NCBI GenBank assembly: GCA_051362555.1
Contig: CM120646.1
Location: forward strand, 2,852,001 to 2,916,000
Length of the DNA: 64,000 nucleotides
Direction: 5' to 3'
Source: Lingula anatina
Taxonomy: Eukaryota > Animalia > Brachiopoda
Position 1 is the first letter of the stretch; the number at the start of each line of letters is the position of its first letter. Positions 37,029 to 48,757 of this stretch are shown one piece after another. The notes beneath the pieces are model-generated. The model made no database searches, was not told the DNA's origin, and saw only the letters and a program-made list of their open reading frames with translations. A program made the position numbers and the translations under genes.

Positions 37029-39044
37029 TAGAGGATCAGAGAGGCAATACCACCTCCGAATATTGTACCACCAGCTGGAGTAAGCGCATTTGGATGGAAC
37101 CCCCCCCCCAAAAAAAAAAGGGGACACAACTATCAGTCTTGTGCTTGACAACCGCTATAAAATGCAATAAAAAGAGTTCTAAAAATATGCAAAAATGCAC
37201 AAAGAATATAACTGTAAAAATGGTCCAATCAAGTGGTTTTTCCAACTGACCTGTATTTTCCTAACATTGATCACTCCTGTGATTTTCTAGACAATAGGCC
37301 TGTGGGTTTTCCTTGAAATGTGTTAAGAAAAAGAACCTAGGGGCAACACTGGGCATATCTGTCTTAGTTTTGAAGATAAGAGAGGTAAGAAAATATGCAA
37401 AGTTCTGTTCTTGATAAAAAAAGTAGATCAAGTAGATAAAAAAGGTCAATTTCAAGGTAACAGTTTATGACTTCCTATTCAGGTTCAATAGTTCTTATGG
37501 ATATTTCTTTTCCAATTTTGGAGATATAAAGGCCAGAAAACATGCACAGTGCAGTTCATCATAGAAAGTAGGTCAAAGGTCAATTTCAGGGTCACAGTTA
37601 GATTGCCAGTATATGAGTTCCTATATAAGTTCAATAGTAACAGAGGGCGTATCTCTGCCAGTTTTTGAGATATAAAGGAAAGAAAATTTCCAAAGTTCAG
37701 TTCATGGTTAAAAGTAGGTCAAAGGTCAATTTCAAGGTCACAGTAAGATTGCCAATATTTGACTTCCTATTAAGGTTCATCAGTAGCTATTGGCATATCT
37801 TTGCCAGTTTTGGAGATATAAAGATAAGAAAACTTGCAAAGTGCATATCATCATGAAAAGTAGGTCAAAGGTCAATTTCAAGGTCACAGATAGATTACCA
37901 ATATATGACTTCCTATTCAGGTTCAATAGTAACTATGGGCGTATCTTTACCAGTTTTAGAGATAAAAGGGCTGCAAAATTTGCAAAGTTCAGTTCATGGT
38001 GAAAATAAGGTCAAAGGTCAATTTCAAGGTCACAGTAAGATTGCCAGTATTTGACACCTATTCAAGTTCAATAGTAACTTTGGGCGTATCTTTGCCAGTT
38101 TTGGAGATATAAAGATCAGAAAACTTGCAAAGTGCAGATCATCATGAAAAGTAGGTCAAAGGTCAATTTCAAGGTCACAGATAGATTAGCAGTATGTGAC
38201 TTCCTATTCAAGTTCAAAAGTAACTATGGGCATATCTCTGCTAATTTTGGAGTATTTCACATTTTATTTTCACCACTGAATATTGGATGTTGAACTTTTT
38301 GATATAGTACAACACCTAAGCTGTATTGAAAACAAAAAAACGGAAACCACCTTCATTGTTGCACTTGACAAGTTTTACAAAATGCAAAAAACAAGAGGTC
38401 TCTAGAATTAACGGTTCCAGAATTAGAGAGAGTTTTCAGTTTCAGCATCTAATGGCCGCTTCTCCTGTGAAAATGCACCTACTGACCCCTAACTCACGAA
38501 GATGAAAGATAACCCTAAGGGTAACACCTGCCCATAATATTATTGGTTAAATCCATGTAGTTTCTGAAAATCGGCAAAAATAAAAAAAAATTTCGCAAAA
38601 AATTCCCATTTGAAGAAAATTTTGGCTTGTTTGACCTTAAAATAGAGGTCAAAAGTCAAATCCAAGGGCATATTTGAAATCTCCACATATGACTTTCGGT
38701 CAGCCATCTGTAGAAATTTTTCCCATAATTCCTTCCGTTTGGGAGATATTTAGCATTGAATTTTCAAAAATTTTGACAAGGGTGCGTTTCAACAAGCGTC
38801 ACGCCCAGGCCAATGCACCGACTGAGACAAAAAAAACAGGGGGTTCAAGCTGAGATTATATGTGACCTAAATCCAAGAGATGGGGACACAGGTCCTTGCG
38901 GTCTAGGAGGAGAGCGGTAACGGTGACTTGCATCCCACGCCATCCTGTGGAGCCGCAGGAGCCACATGAGCTGGCGGAGCTGTACAAGACAGGTCGGACT
39001 AAAACCATGAGTACTGCCAGCGTACACGCTGGTGGTACTAATAA
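37026..39044 (-). mobile_element. Nested non-autonomous Helentron, copy 2 (same family)
   Basis: Same 3' end (ctagaggatcagagaggc...tattgtaccaccag); about six 146-bp repeats; 5' hairpin gtactgccagcgt-ac-acgctggtggtac at ~39011-39038; (TAA)n flank. Confidence 0.8.
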
Positions 39045-39372
39045 TATTTATTTATAGCCTAAAATCCATTTAAAATGTTCAGTAGATTTTACAGAGGTAA
39101 AATGAACAGAATATGATCAATAGAGTCTATAAATAAAAAGACAGTAAAGATATAAAGATATTAAAATATAAAGTACAATGTAAATAAATATATTCTGTGG
39201 GTCCTACTCAAAACAAGATGATCCGCCAACTAGCAGAGCCACCAACTAAATAAAGAAGACCCCACTTTAAAAGTGATAGCGCTGAATCCCGAAGGTCTCA
39301 CTGCCTCCACATGCACCCTTAAACAGATTTAATTTCGTGTCAGGGTTTAATTACTAGGCCCCTGCAGTCATG

Positions 39373-39429
<57 letters not shown>

Positions 39430-39646
39430 GGGCAGAAGATGGTTATGGAATAATAGCATATTTAGTGGACGGATCTCCTTGTCAGTCATCTATTCTGTTG
39501 CTTAATAACCAACCCACATATTTCCTACAATTAAGTATCTGCCTAGATGTTAAAGTATTGCCTTTTCTATATACTTGAATTCTAGTAGCTATCTACATGA
39601 AATGCATATTTCTGGTATTTTGATGAACCTGAGACTTAAATGCTAA

Positions 39647-39984
39647 CACTAGTGGGCTTGATTTGGTCTTAAAGTGCAATTTAAGAACACAAATAGTCTT
39701 ACATATCTTAAAACATGAGTAAGACCATTTCTAGTCTGACAGCCAATGAAGTTGTCTCCCCTTACACATTCTCCTATTGTGAGCAGAGGTGTCCTCTATT
39801 GTGAGGGGCGGTATCCCCCATTGTGAGGGGAGGAAACTGCTTGACCACTTAAGTAGATGTTAGATCATTTTTGATCCTAAAAGAAGATTCAGTTCATTTT
39901 AAGACTCTGCTGCTATGATTAAGATCGAGTAAGATCACTTGTGAACTTAAATTGCACTTTAAGACCAAATCTAGCCCACTAGTG
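39647..39984. mobile_element. CACTA-ended MITE with TAA TSD
   Basis: ~40-bp TIRs cactagtgggct.gatttggtcttaaagtgcaatttaag; TAA at 39644-46 and 39985-87; empty site tgc-taa-tga in the paralogous block at ~40257-40265; internal 22-bp repeats. Confidence 0.85.
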
Positions 39985-41006
39985 TAATGCTTTAAAACAA
40001 ACAATACTTACATTCTATTGCCACACTAATTATTCTGAAAAGCTTCAACTAATGGGCTTCTTACTTCAACTGTGAGCTGGAAGAAATATATTATATAAAC
40101 TCAACTGACTATTATTCAATCTAGCATTGATGCTCTTTGCCTACAATTCAGTATCTGCCTAGATGTAAAATTATTGCTTTTTCTATATACTTGAATTCTA
40201 GTAGCTATCTACATGAAATGCATATTTCTGCTATTTTGATGAACCTGAGACTTAAATGCTAATGATTTAAAAACAAACAATACTTACATTCTATTGCCAC
40301 ACTTATTATTCTGAAAAGCTTCAACTAATGGGCTTCTAACTTCAACTGTGAGCTGGAAGAAATATAATATTATATAAACTCAACTGACTATTATTCAATC
40401 TAGCATTGAAGCTCTTTATATCACAAACATACTCCTTCACTTTTTATCAGGAACAATGTTGAGAAGAAACTATGGTTACTACAAGTATATTACAGTATCA
40501 CCAGTAATGTCAGCAATTACTAGTACTTTAACACAGGATAACCCTTGACCCCCTTTTGGAGCAAAGTACACACGCTGTTCAACACCATAAGACCAATGTA
40601 TTATCCTGTGAACCCATGAAAGGCAAATTCTCTCCAACTAAGAAATGTGGCATTAATTCAGACAAACAAGACACCATTACCATTTAGTGAGATTTTTCAC
40701 ATAGCTATTCTTAACTTTCTTTTGTCGGGAGTAGTGTTGATTCACATTTCTAAAAGTTACTGCACAGTGTCAAATACCATAGAGCTTCAGGATAGAGATT
40801 TTACATGAACATCTTCAGTGTCTGATGTTATGTATATATCTATGTATGATCTTTTTTACTGTTGATTAGGATTTTTTCCTTTATTTTTGCTCCTTAATTG
40901 TTTCCAATAGCAGTATAAATAACTCCCCTTAAATACTAACATTAAACTGAAATTTACAACTTACCAAGCTTCTGTAAACCTGTGGCCTCCTTGGCAATGT
41001 GTCTTC

Positions 41007-41268
41007 TTGCACATTTCTAGGTCACTGCATCTCATTAGTCAAATGAACTGGGGATTGTGGGAAACCTCTTGATGAGGGCTTAGAATCTTCCTAAGGGAGT
41101 GCTGGCTTTTCTGTTAACCTCTCCACCCTTAGCAACCTGTCTAGTTGCACATTTCTAGGTCACTGCATCTCATTAGTCAAATGAACTGGGGATAGTGGGA
41201 AATCTCTTGATGAGACTTTAGAAACTTCCTTAGGGAGTTTTGGCTTTTCTGTTAACCTCTCCACCCAC
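41007..41268. repeat. 138-bp tandem duplication
   Basis: ttgcacatttctaggtcactgcatctcattagtcaaatgaactggg at 41007 and 41145. Confidence 0.85.
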
Positions 41269-41659
41269 AGTGTAATAAAAAGAAGCAGCAGCTGCTGCAC
41301 ACACCACCCAAAATGCTGCTTAATCATTTGAGTGTGCCAAAGAAACTATATTTTTGTATTTCTAAGAATGTGTCAATAACTTGAAAATTAAATAATAATG
41401 TTTTTTTAAAAGTTTGACAGTCATAAGTAATGTGGTTTGCCCATAATGGTCATCATGACGGCAGTGCCCAAAATACTTTGCTTAATTTTTATGAAGTATC
41501 ACAAACTCAAAGTCACACCTTGAAAATGCCAATATACAAAAAATCAAATTTTCACAAAAAAAGTATAACTTCCAGAAAAATTAACTAAACAGACTGCTTT
41601 TCCAAAGGAAGCTGCATTTAAGGCCCATGTTTCTTTCCTGTAAATTTGAGAAGAGTGAG

Positions 41660-42607
41660 TGACATGGTCTTCCTCTAATGGGCACTATGGCGGCAGTGCC
41701 TAGAATTAGAGTTTTCTTCAATTTTGATGCAATATTGCATTATGCTTAACAACATAAAGACCATCAAATTTTAATGATAAAATATCAAAGTATCATGAAT
41801 ATTCAGAAATATGACTAGCAAAGGTTTGGGGGACTATAAAACTTCAAAGTCACACCTTGAAATTGCCAAAATGTAAACAAGACAGCTAGAACTTACTGAA
41901 ATGGGATTATTTCTATTTTAACACTTTTTTAATGATGAACTAAGAAAATTTCTTAGTCTAGAAAGTATCAATAGAACAATGTTAAATGTTCAATTTGCTC
42001 CATTCTGAGATTCTGAACATAGTAAATGATTAAATCTGACAAACTGCAATGATTTGTTTTTTTTTCTCCATTTTTGACACTTAATTACACAAAAGATTAA
42101 TACAAGTTTAACACCATTTTTATGTAATCAACTAACAATATTGTAAAGATGAAAAAATTTGTCAGAAGAACATTTATACCTATCTAATTAGTTCAATAAT
42201 GAGACTGTTTTAACATGCCTGAGAATTGAATCTAAGCTAAAAGCACTTATAAACAAAACAAGGCATAACTGCATCAAAACAGAACCAATCAAGCTTATTT
42301 TCGAACTCAACCCGCGCTTTAGTAAGATTGATTACCCCTGTGAGTTTCATGACAACAGGCCTATCGGTTTTCCTTAAAATGTGTTTACAGCTTTGCATAT
42401 ATGCTGACAAGTGAAAAAACAGCATAACTTCTACAATAATGACCCGATCATGCTGATTTTCGAACTTGACCTGCATTTTATGAATATTCATCAGCTCTGT
42501 AAATAAAAAGCCAAAAAGTAAAAACTGTCTTCTACTCATCGTGTTTACGCTGAAAGTGCACAGCGACGACAGATGCCGGTGACAGCAGTATGTACAGTAC
42601 ATAAAAA
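41660..42607 (-). repeat. Diverged internal duplicate of the Helentron 5'-terminal block (paralog 43015-44185)
   Basis: Long shared strings, two core repeats, and a collapsed terminus gacagcagtatgtacagtacataaaaa versus gacagcaatatgtacagacacatctgtgtctgtacataaaaa. Confidence 0.8.
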
Positions 42608-43619
42608 TAAATTTCAGAAACCAGTAATAATATGCATGCTAACAACCTTTGCAAAGTATGCAGGCATAAAGCATAATATCAGTTACTAATAATGCACAAC
42701 ATGTAAAATATCACAAAACATGACATTTCATGAATAAGATGTTATGCTAATTAAGATTTAGAATTCAAAATTAATGTTGTCATTAAGCAGTAGCACTTCA
42801 CAATCCAGTCTATATTGGTGTTCTAAAAACAACAAGACAGCACTGTTCCGAAATGTTTTTTTTTTTTTTTTTCATTTTTAACAATTTTTCACATAAAAAA
42901 ATTAACAGTTTACTGCCATTTTTATATGATCAACTAGGAAAATTGATGAGATGGGAAAAATATCAATAAAGCAGTGTTAATTGTCCAATTTCTTCCATTC
43001 TGAGATTCTGAAGTGACATGGTTTTTCTTAAATGGTCATCATGGGAGCAGTGCCCAAAATAAGTTTTTTCCAAATTTTGATGCAATATTACATAATGTTT
43101 AACAGCATAATGACCATCTATTTTTCATAATAAAATATTAGTATCATGGATATTCAGAAAATGTGACTAGCAAAGGTCTTCAGGCCCATGGAACTTCAAA
43201 GTCACAACTTGAAAATGCCAAAATGTAAACAAGACAGCACTGTTCTGAAATGGGTTTATTTCCATTTTTAACACTTTTTTAACATAAAACAAAATTAACC
43301 GTTTACTGCCATTTTTATATGATAAACTAAGAAAATTGATGAGATGGGAAAAATATCAATAGAATAGTGTTAAATGTCCAATTTCTTCCATTCTGAGATT
43401 CTGAACATAGTGAATGATTGAATCTGACAAACTGCAATGATATGAGTTTATTTCCATTTTTGACACTTTATTACACAATACACGATAACAAGTTTACCAT
43501 CATTTTTACATAATCAACTAACAATGTTGTAAAGATGCAGGAAATGTCAAACAAACACTTTTACATATCTTATTAGTTAAATAATGAGACTGTTAATATG
43601 CCTAAGAATTGAATCTGAG

Positions 43620-44099
43620 GAAATGTGAAAAAAACAGCATAACTTCTAAAATGATGTCCCGATTATGCTGATTTTCAAACTCAACCTGCGTTTTAGCAAG
43701 ATTGACCATTCCTGTGAGTTTAATGACAATTGGCCAATTTGTTTTTCTTATATTGTGTTTACAGTGTTGCATATATGCTGACAAGTAAAAAAAAAGCATA
43801 ACTACTAAAATAGTGGCCTGATCATGCTGATTTTCGAACTTGACCTGCGTTTAAGTAAGATTGATTACTCCTGTGAGTTTTATGACAACAGGCCTGTAGG
43901 TTTTCCTTGAAATGTGTTTACAGTGTTGCATATATGCTGAAAAGTGAAAAAAACAGCATAACTTCTACAATAATGACCCGATCATGCTGATTTTCGAACT
44001 TGACCTGCGTTTTATCAATATTCATCAGCACTATAAATATGAAGCCAAAAAGTAAAACTGCCTTCCACTTATCGTGTTTACAATGAAAGTGCACGGCGC

Positions 44100-44132
<33 letters not shown>

Positions 44133-44185
44133 CAGACGCAGGTGACAGCAATATGTACAGACACATCTGTGTCTGTACATAAAAA
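43620..44185 (-). repeat. Helentron 5' terminus: hairpin/subTIR, GAC/GGC microsatellite, three ~159-bp core repeats
   Basis: Perfect 13-bp-arm hairpin 44152-44181; cgacgg run 44095-44135; repeats starting near 43627, 43787 and 43944. Confidence 0.8.
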
Positions 44186-46599
44186 GGTAATGGTAAAATA
44201 CACATATGTTTAAGTTTATTGTACTGTATAATTGCTTTGAATCACAAGCATAATGAATGCGATTTTGCAAATGCACACAGCCATTTTAAGGTTTATTTCC
44301 GTATTAAATTAATCATGTAGACTCTCAATGAAAACATAAAACAATCTACAAATCTATATAGGTTATAATTGAATAATCTGTTCACAAGTATTTCTTTCAA
44401 AAAAGTATATATATAGAGCAATGTATACTTACATGAAAATATAGAAATTACACCATGAAAATAGGTAGTCATGGTGCTAACTTGCAGTAATTTATATTGC
44501 AATTGTCGCCATTTTACCTCATGTTAGTTTTCATGAATTTAGTTGTCTCTTCAGTGTGTAACAATAGTTGAATTTACATTGGTTTTCCGCCGGCTGTCAG
44601 CCACACTTTATCAAATATATACCGTCTCTCATACATAGTTTACAAGTATCTTATTGTTGAATGTAAATTTGTTCATCATTGTCAACTAAATTCCGGTGCA
44701 TTTTTGATTTCGTTACTCTCACCTCACGGTAAACTATGTATGCTAAATTGTAAAGGTCCAAAAATTTACCAAAAAATATCGATTGTTAATAGGATAGATT
44801 TAGATTTAAGTTTCATAAATTGACATTACTGTAAATTCCACTTTGCCTGGCCTGTAGAATGGCCAAGAGACGTAATTGAATAAAATCATTTCGCTATTTC
44901 TTAATACTGGGTTTTGTTTTCATTGCAGTTTTCACTGTTTTTTATTAGTAGGTATTGGGTACAAATGTACAGTATGTCACTTTTTAACACTTTAAAAATA
45001 AGTACACAAACCGTGACCGGATAATATCAACACAAATGTTTAAAACATTTTGTTGTTTTAAATATATTTGAGGAAAATAATGTCATGCAATTAAAAAAAC
45101 ATTTAAATGACAAAAAAAAAAAAAACCTAGATTAACTTTATCTTGACTTTACTTCTTGAAATTTTATCATTAAAAACGCTGGCAGGTAAAAACTCCAATG
45201 GTATTGTTCATTTACTAGTGGTTCGAATTCTGAATTTTTTACAATTGACCTAAAGCATTACCAGTTCGCAAGTCTAAAGCATTACCAGTTCGCAAGTCTT
45301 GCACACATACCAGTGTTGCAGTCTTTAACAGTTGAATACGAGACCTTCCAAGTGCACCCCCTCCCCCTACCTGCCCCGTAATGCCAGATAGATGGCGTAG
45401 CTGTGATTACGGTTGGTCTATGGCTTAAACTCACATCTAACACACTTCTCGGCATATTCTCAACATACCTCCTGAAGGCTGAGACACACAATGAGAACGC
45501 ACAACTCTTCGCTGTTTAGTAGTATTATAATCATAATTATAATTCATAATCATAATTTGCATTGAAATAACTCCAAGTTTACACGTAATAGGATGGAATA
45601 TGTACATTAGAATTGTAGGTCAAATATTCCAGGCAAGACACATAAGTGATTTTATATATTTAATAATGTATAATGCAGTGCATGAAAGGGCAGTATTAAC
45701 ATTATATCGATGTAATAAAAAAACCAGTGGAAAGACTCTGTTATACACATAAATCAACTACAAGACAATGATGCATTTTGGCCGATCCCGTAGACATTTT
45801 GAAGCAAAAAATCGGAATCACCAGAACTTTGTTGGATATGACAAATGCGTATGTAGCAAAGAGAACACCAACGTTACCCTTTACCACGTGCATATTTTAA
45901 AGAATCGTTAATTTGATTGATAAAGCAACAGGGCGTTTCGAGGAATGTCATCTCGTGACGAACTGAACTCCATAAAATTGATTTTGTAACAAGGTAATTT
46001 TTCGTTTGAATTGCAAACAAATACACCCCGCTGTGACTCTACAACGAGTGTGAAATACGCTGCATATATTTCTGCCAAAATTGAATTACTCTCCTCGCGC
46101 ATCCTCAGGTACAACGTGAAACGCGCAAATCAAGCTGATATTTTTTAAAATGTTGTATTTTGGGAGCAGTTAAGAAAGTAGAGAATATATGATAAATCGT
46201 GACTACGATAACAAAAAGAGAAAACAGAGAAAAGTAAAAATGGTACAATCACAATGCATTAGTATTGTTCGTACGCGTGATATCATGGAGGAAATTTTTC
46301 ATTGATATGTATAAAAAGATGACTGAAATAAATGTAAAACCTTTTTTTACTAGCATACATATTTGACAGCTTGAAAAACAATCACATAAAAGTCCATGTA
46401 ACTGTATAATTTAGAGGCGCCATGGAGCTAAACTATATACACGTATGCTCTTTGAATTATTGAAGTTTTTAGACAGAAAATCGGTATCGTCTAAAATATA
46501 TAATGTTCAATACATTTATCCTCTATATTATACCAATTTTTATAATTTGTGTAATTTACCAAAAGCACTTTCGCCGACTGGCATTGTTCATCCATCTAC

Positions 46600-46803
46600 T
46601 TAGTTCGTAAATAGCAAATGTCCGGAAAAAGTTGTATACATGTAACCATGGAGATACGGGGCACGCCCTAGCGCCATCAGCCATACTTGGTCCTTTTCTT
46701 TTAGTTTCAAGATGGCGGTGTTGGAAGCCGTGGACCAGAAGGGTATGCTCTCCGCCCAGACCGTTAGGATCATGACGCCATTTTTGATCAGCATCACTGC
46801 AGC
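46600..46803 (-). CDS. Collagen-containing C1q-like protein, coding exon 3 (C-terminal half of gC1q)
   Basis: Acceptor tttcag|GCT; AAVMLIKNG...TASNTAILKLKEKDQVWL...YTTFSGHLLF then stop; phase 0 matches exon 2. Confidence 0.92.
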   Translation of the reverse strand, partial: AAVMLIKNGVMILTVWAESIPFWSTASNTAILKLKEKDQVWLMALGRAPYLHGYMYTTFSGHLLFTN

Positions 46804-47978
46804 CTGAAACCACGAACCCTGTATTTTAATGCTATATCATCTGTCCCTAAGCATTGTCACACAGATTGTCATCAAAATGAAGACATTTCAGAGATTAAAG
46901 CAAAGAAAATTGGACGTTTTGTCAATCTCCACAAATGATCTGTTGCTTGCTTTTACCAAATGCACACGAACGTCATACTTGGGGAGTGTGCCGTAAACTG
47001 TAATGATAACTTTAAAATTAAATATTTTTTCATGGTGCATTTGGATTCTAAAAAAAAAACAACGTGTTTGCCAGCTGCTACTAGAGATGAATCGAATAGT
47101 GTTCCGTGGAGAGAAAATTGGAAAACAAGTATATTTGACACGTTGACAGACAAAACGGATGACAAGGGAATAGCCGTCTTGCTCAAATGTACAAAGTGTT
47201 TAATCAAATGTGTGATGAGAAACAAGACACCGTGGAAACAAGCGTGAGCACACAATATCTAGTGTTACAACGTAAATATACACTGCAAGGAAGACGTGTA
47301 CCAGTATATCTTTTAAGGACAACATGATCTCTACTAAGTATCTAAAAATCAAAACACTCAATTAACATCCACAAACTGAAAATTAAAGCTGGAAAGAAAG
47401 ACAGCTATAAAAGGACAACGACCATACACACTCAGCACAGCAAATGTAATATGAAGTCGTGACGGAAGATAAAAAAAATGGCATGCTTACATGCCTCAAA
47501 TTAGTTCCATCGTTTATACTACAATATGAACATAATCAGTCAAGTTTGTCTGAAAATGAAGATATTGTCTAGGGACACATCGCAAACACGAAAGGCCGAA
47601 ATCAGCTAACGAGAAAAACTCCTGTCACTGACAAAACGGCAAAAACTAAAGCAGCTATGGGTCCGAACAAGTGGCACCACCTATCGATTGTTTTTGAAGT
47701 GGCTCCCAGATCACACCTGCTGCACGTTACTAACAGATACACCACTAAGAATATGACACGTTTTGTAGCTAGTAATATGTGGAACAAGAGGGCAGTATGT
47801 CCAGTATGTCCATCAGGGTTCTGATCTTGTGGATCAAAACAAGGTGCACATTCATCATAAGGTTCCAAGATAAATGCAAATTACACAAATATGAATATTA
47901 CAGGAAGGGACAATGAACTATGTTACGCTAGATGGGTATGTGTAGCTTACAGCACATGCTCACCTTATACATGCTCAC

Positions 47979-48187
47979 CTTTTGCCGACCTTGAGCCGAT
48001 ATAACAATATGGAACTGGTATGTGCCGTTGTAAGGCGCTCGGAACCGGCCTGTCTTGGGATTGTAGCCGTCGCCTACGTTAGTGACCACATTGTCGAAGA
48101 CAACGTCGGTATCTTTTTCTTGGGGACCCATGTTTTCTTCTAGTCCCACAAAAAATGCAACTTTTGGCGGTGGTGGGTATGATTTGC
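47979..48187 (-). CDS. Collagen-containing C1q-like protein, coding exon 2 (N-terminal half of gC1q)
   Basis: Acceptor ataccag|GC, donor AAG|gtgagc; KVAFFVGL...VVFDNVVTNVGDGYNPKTGRFRAPYNGTYQFH; 209 nt, phase 1 to 0. Confidence 0.92.
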
Positions 48188-48664
48188 CTGGTATAACAAC
48201 AAAGACTTGGATCAAAATGCGAAATGTTTGGTTTCTTGGGTAACATTCAAGACCCAAGGCTCTTACTTATTCTACTTGTATGTATATCTCCATTTAAAGT
48301 CGCCAAAAGTCAGTTTTAGCCAAAAGATTAGACAGAATATTTAACCTAAAACAGATGTGCTTCTCTACAAATTCAAATCCTATGTTTTATGCTGCACAAA
48401 TGATTAAATTGGAAAATTGTGGCACACGAGCCAACAGAGACAACTTAACGCAGAGGTTTGGTGAGATGAAAAAACTGTACTTCTCTCAGGAAAGCATTTC
48501 ATCCTAGAACGCAATTCAAGATATCTTCTCCCTTGACAGTTTTATTGGGTACTTTTACGTCCATGAAAATCTTTTCATAAAATTATATGAAATATCGGTC
48601 TTCTAAACAGGGGCGTTTTTTACCGAATATTGGTCTATATTACAGAGGGAACACCCTATATAAC

Positions 48665-48696
<32 letters not shown>

Positions 48697-48757
48697 GTGT
48701 AAAAGACCATTATTTCAAAAACGTTATCCATTATACATGACACTTCACAATGTTTAC

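Larger units (their letters stand above)
36600..40500. repeat. Dispersed/tandem paralogous block (copies at ~36600-36985, ~39505-40140, ~40140-40500)
   Basis: Shared strings caatt.agtatct, cctgagacttaaatg, caatacttacattctattgccacac and aaactcaactgactattatt in all copies; ataaccaacccacatatt and gttgagaagaaactatggttact in two. Confidence 0.8.
23564..44185 (-). mobile_element. Autonomous Helentron (Helitron2/HLE2), ~20.6 kb
   Basis: On the minus strand the 5' end reads TTTTT-ATGTACAGACAC-AGAT-GTGTCTGTACAT, then a GTC/GCC microsatellite and ~159-bp core repeats. The 3' end reads TGTCTGTACAT-TT-GACAGC-TTT-GCTGCC-TTGTTTT. The subTIRs match over 11 bp and enclose a RepHel-EN ORF in the same orientation. 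Confidence 0.8.

Noticed and set aside
34800-38250. Regularly spaced repeats as a possible CRISPR-like array
   Set aside because: The sequences between the conserved motifs are homologous to each other (whole 146-bp tandem monomers); eukaryotic context; no cas genes.
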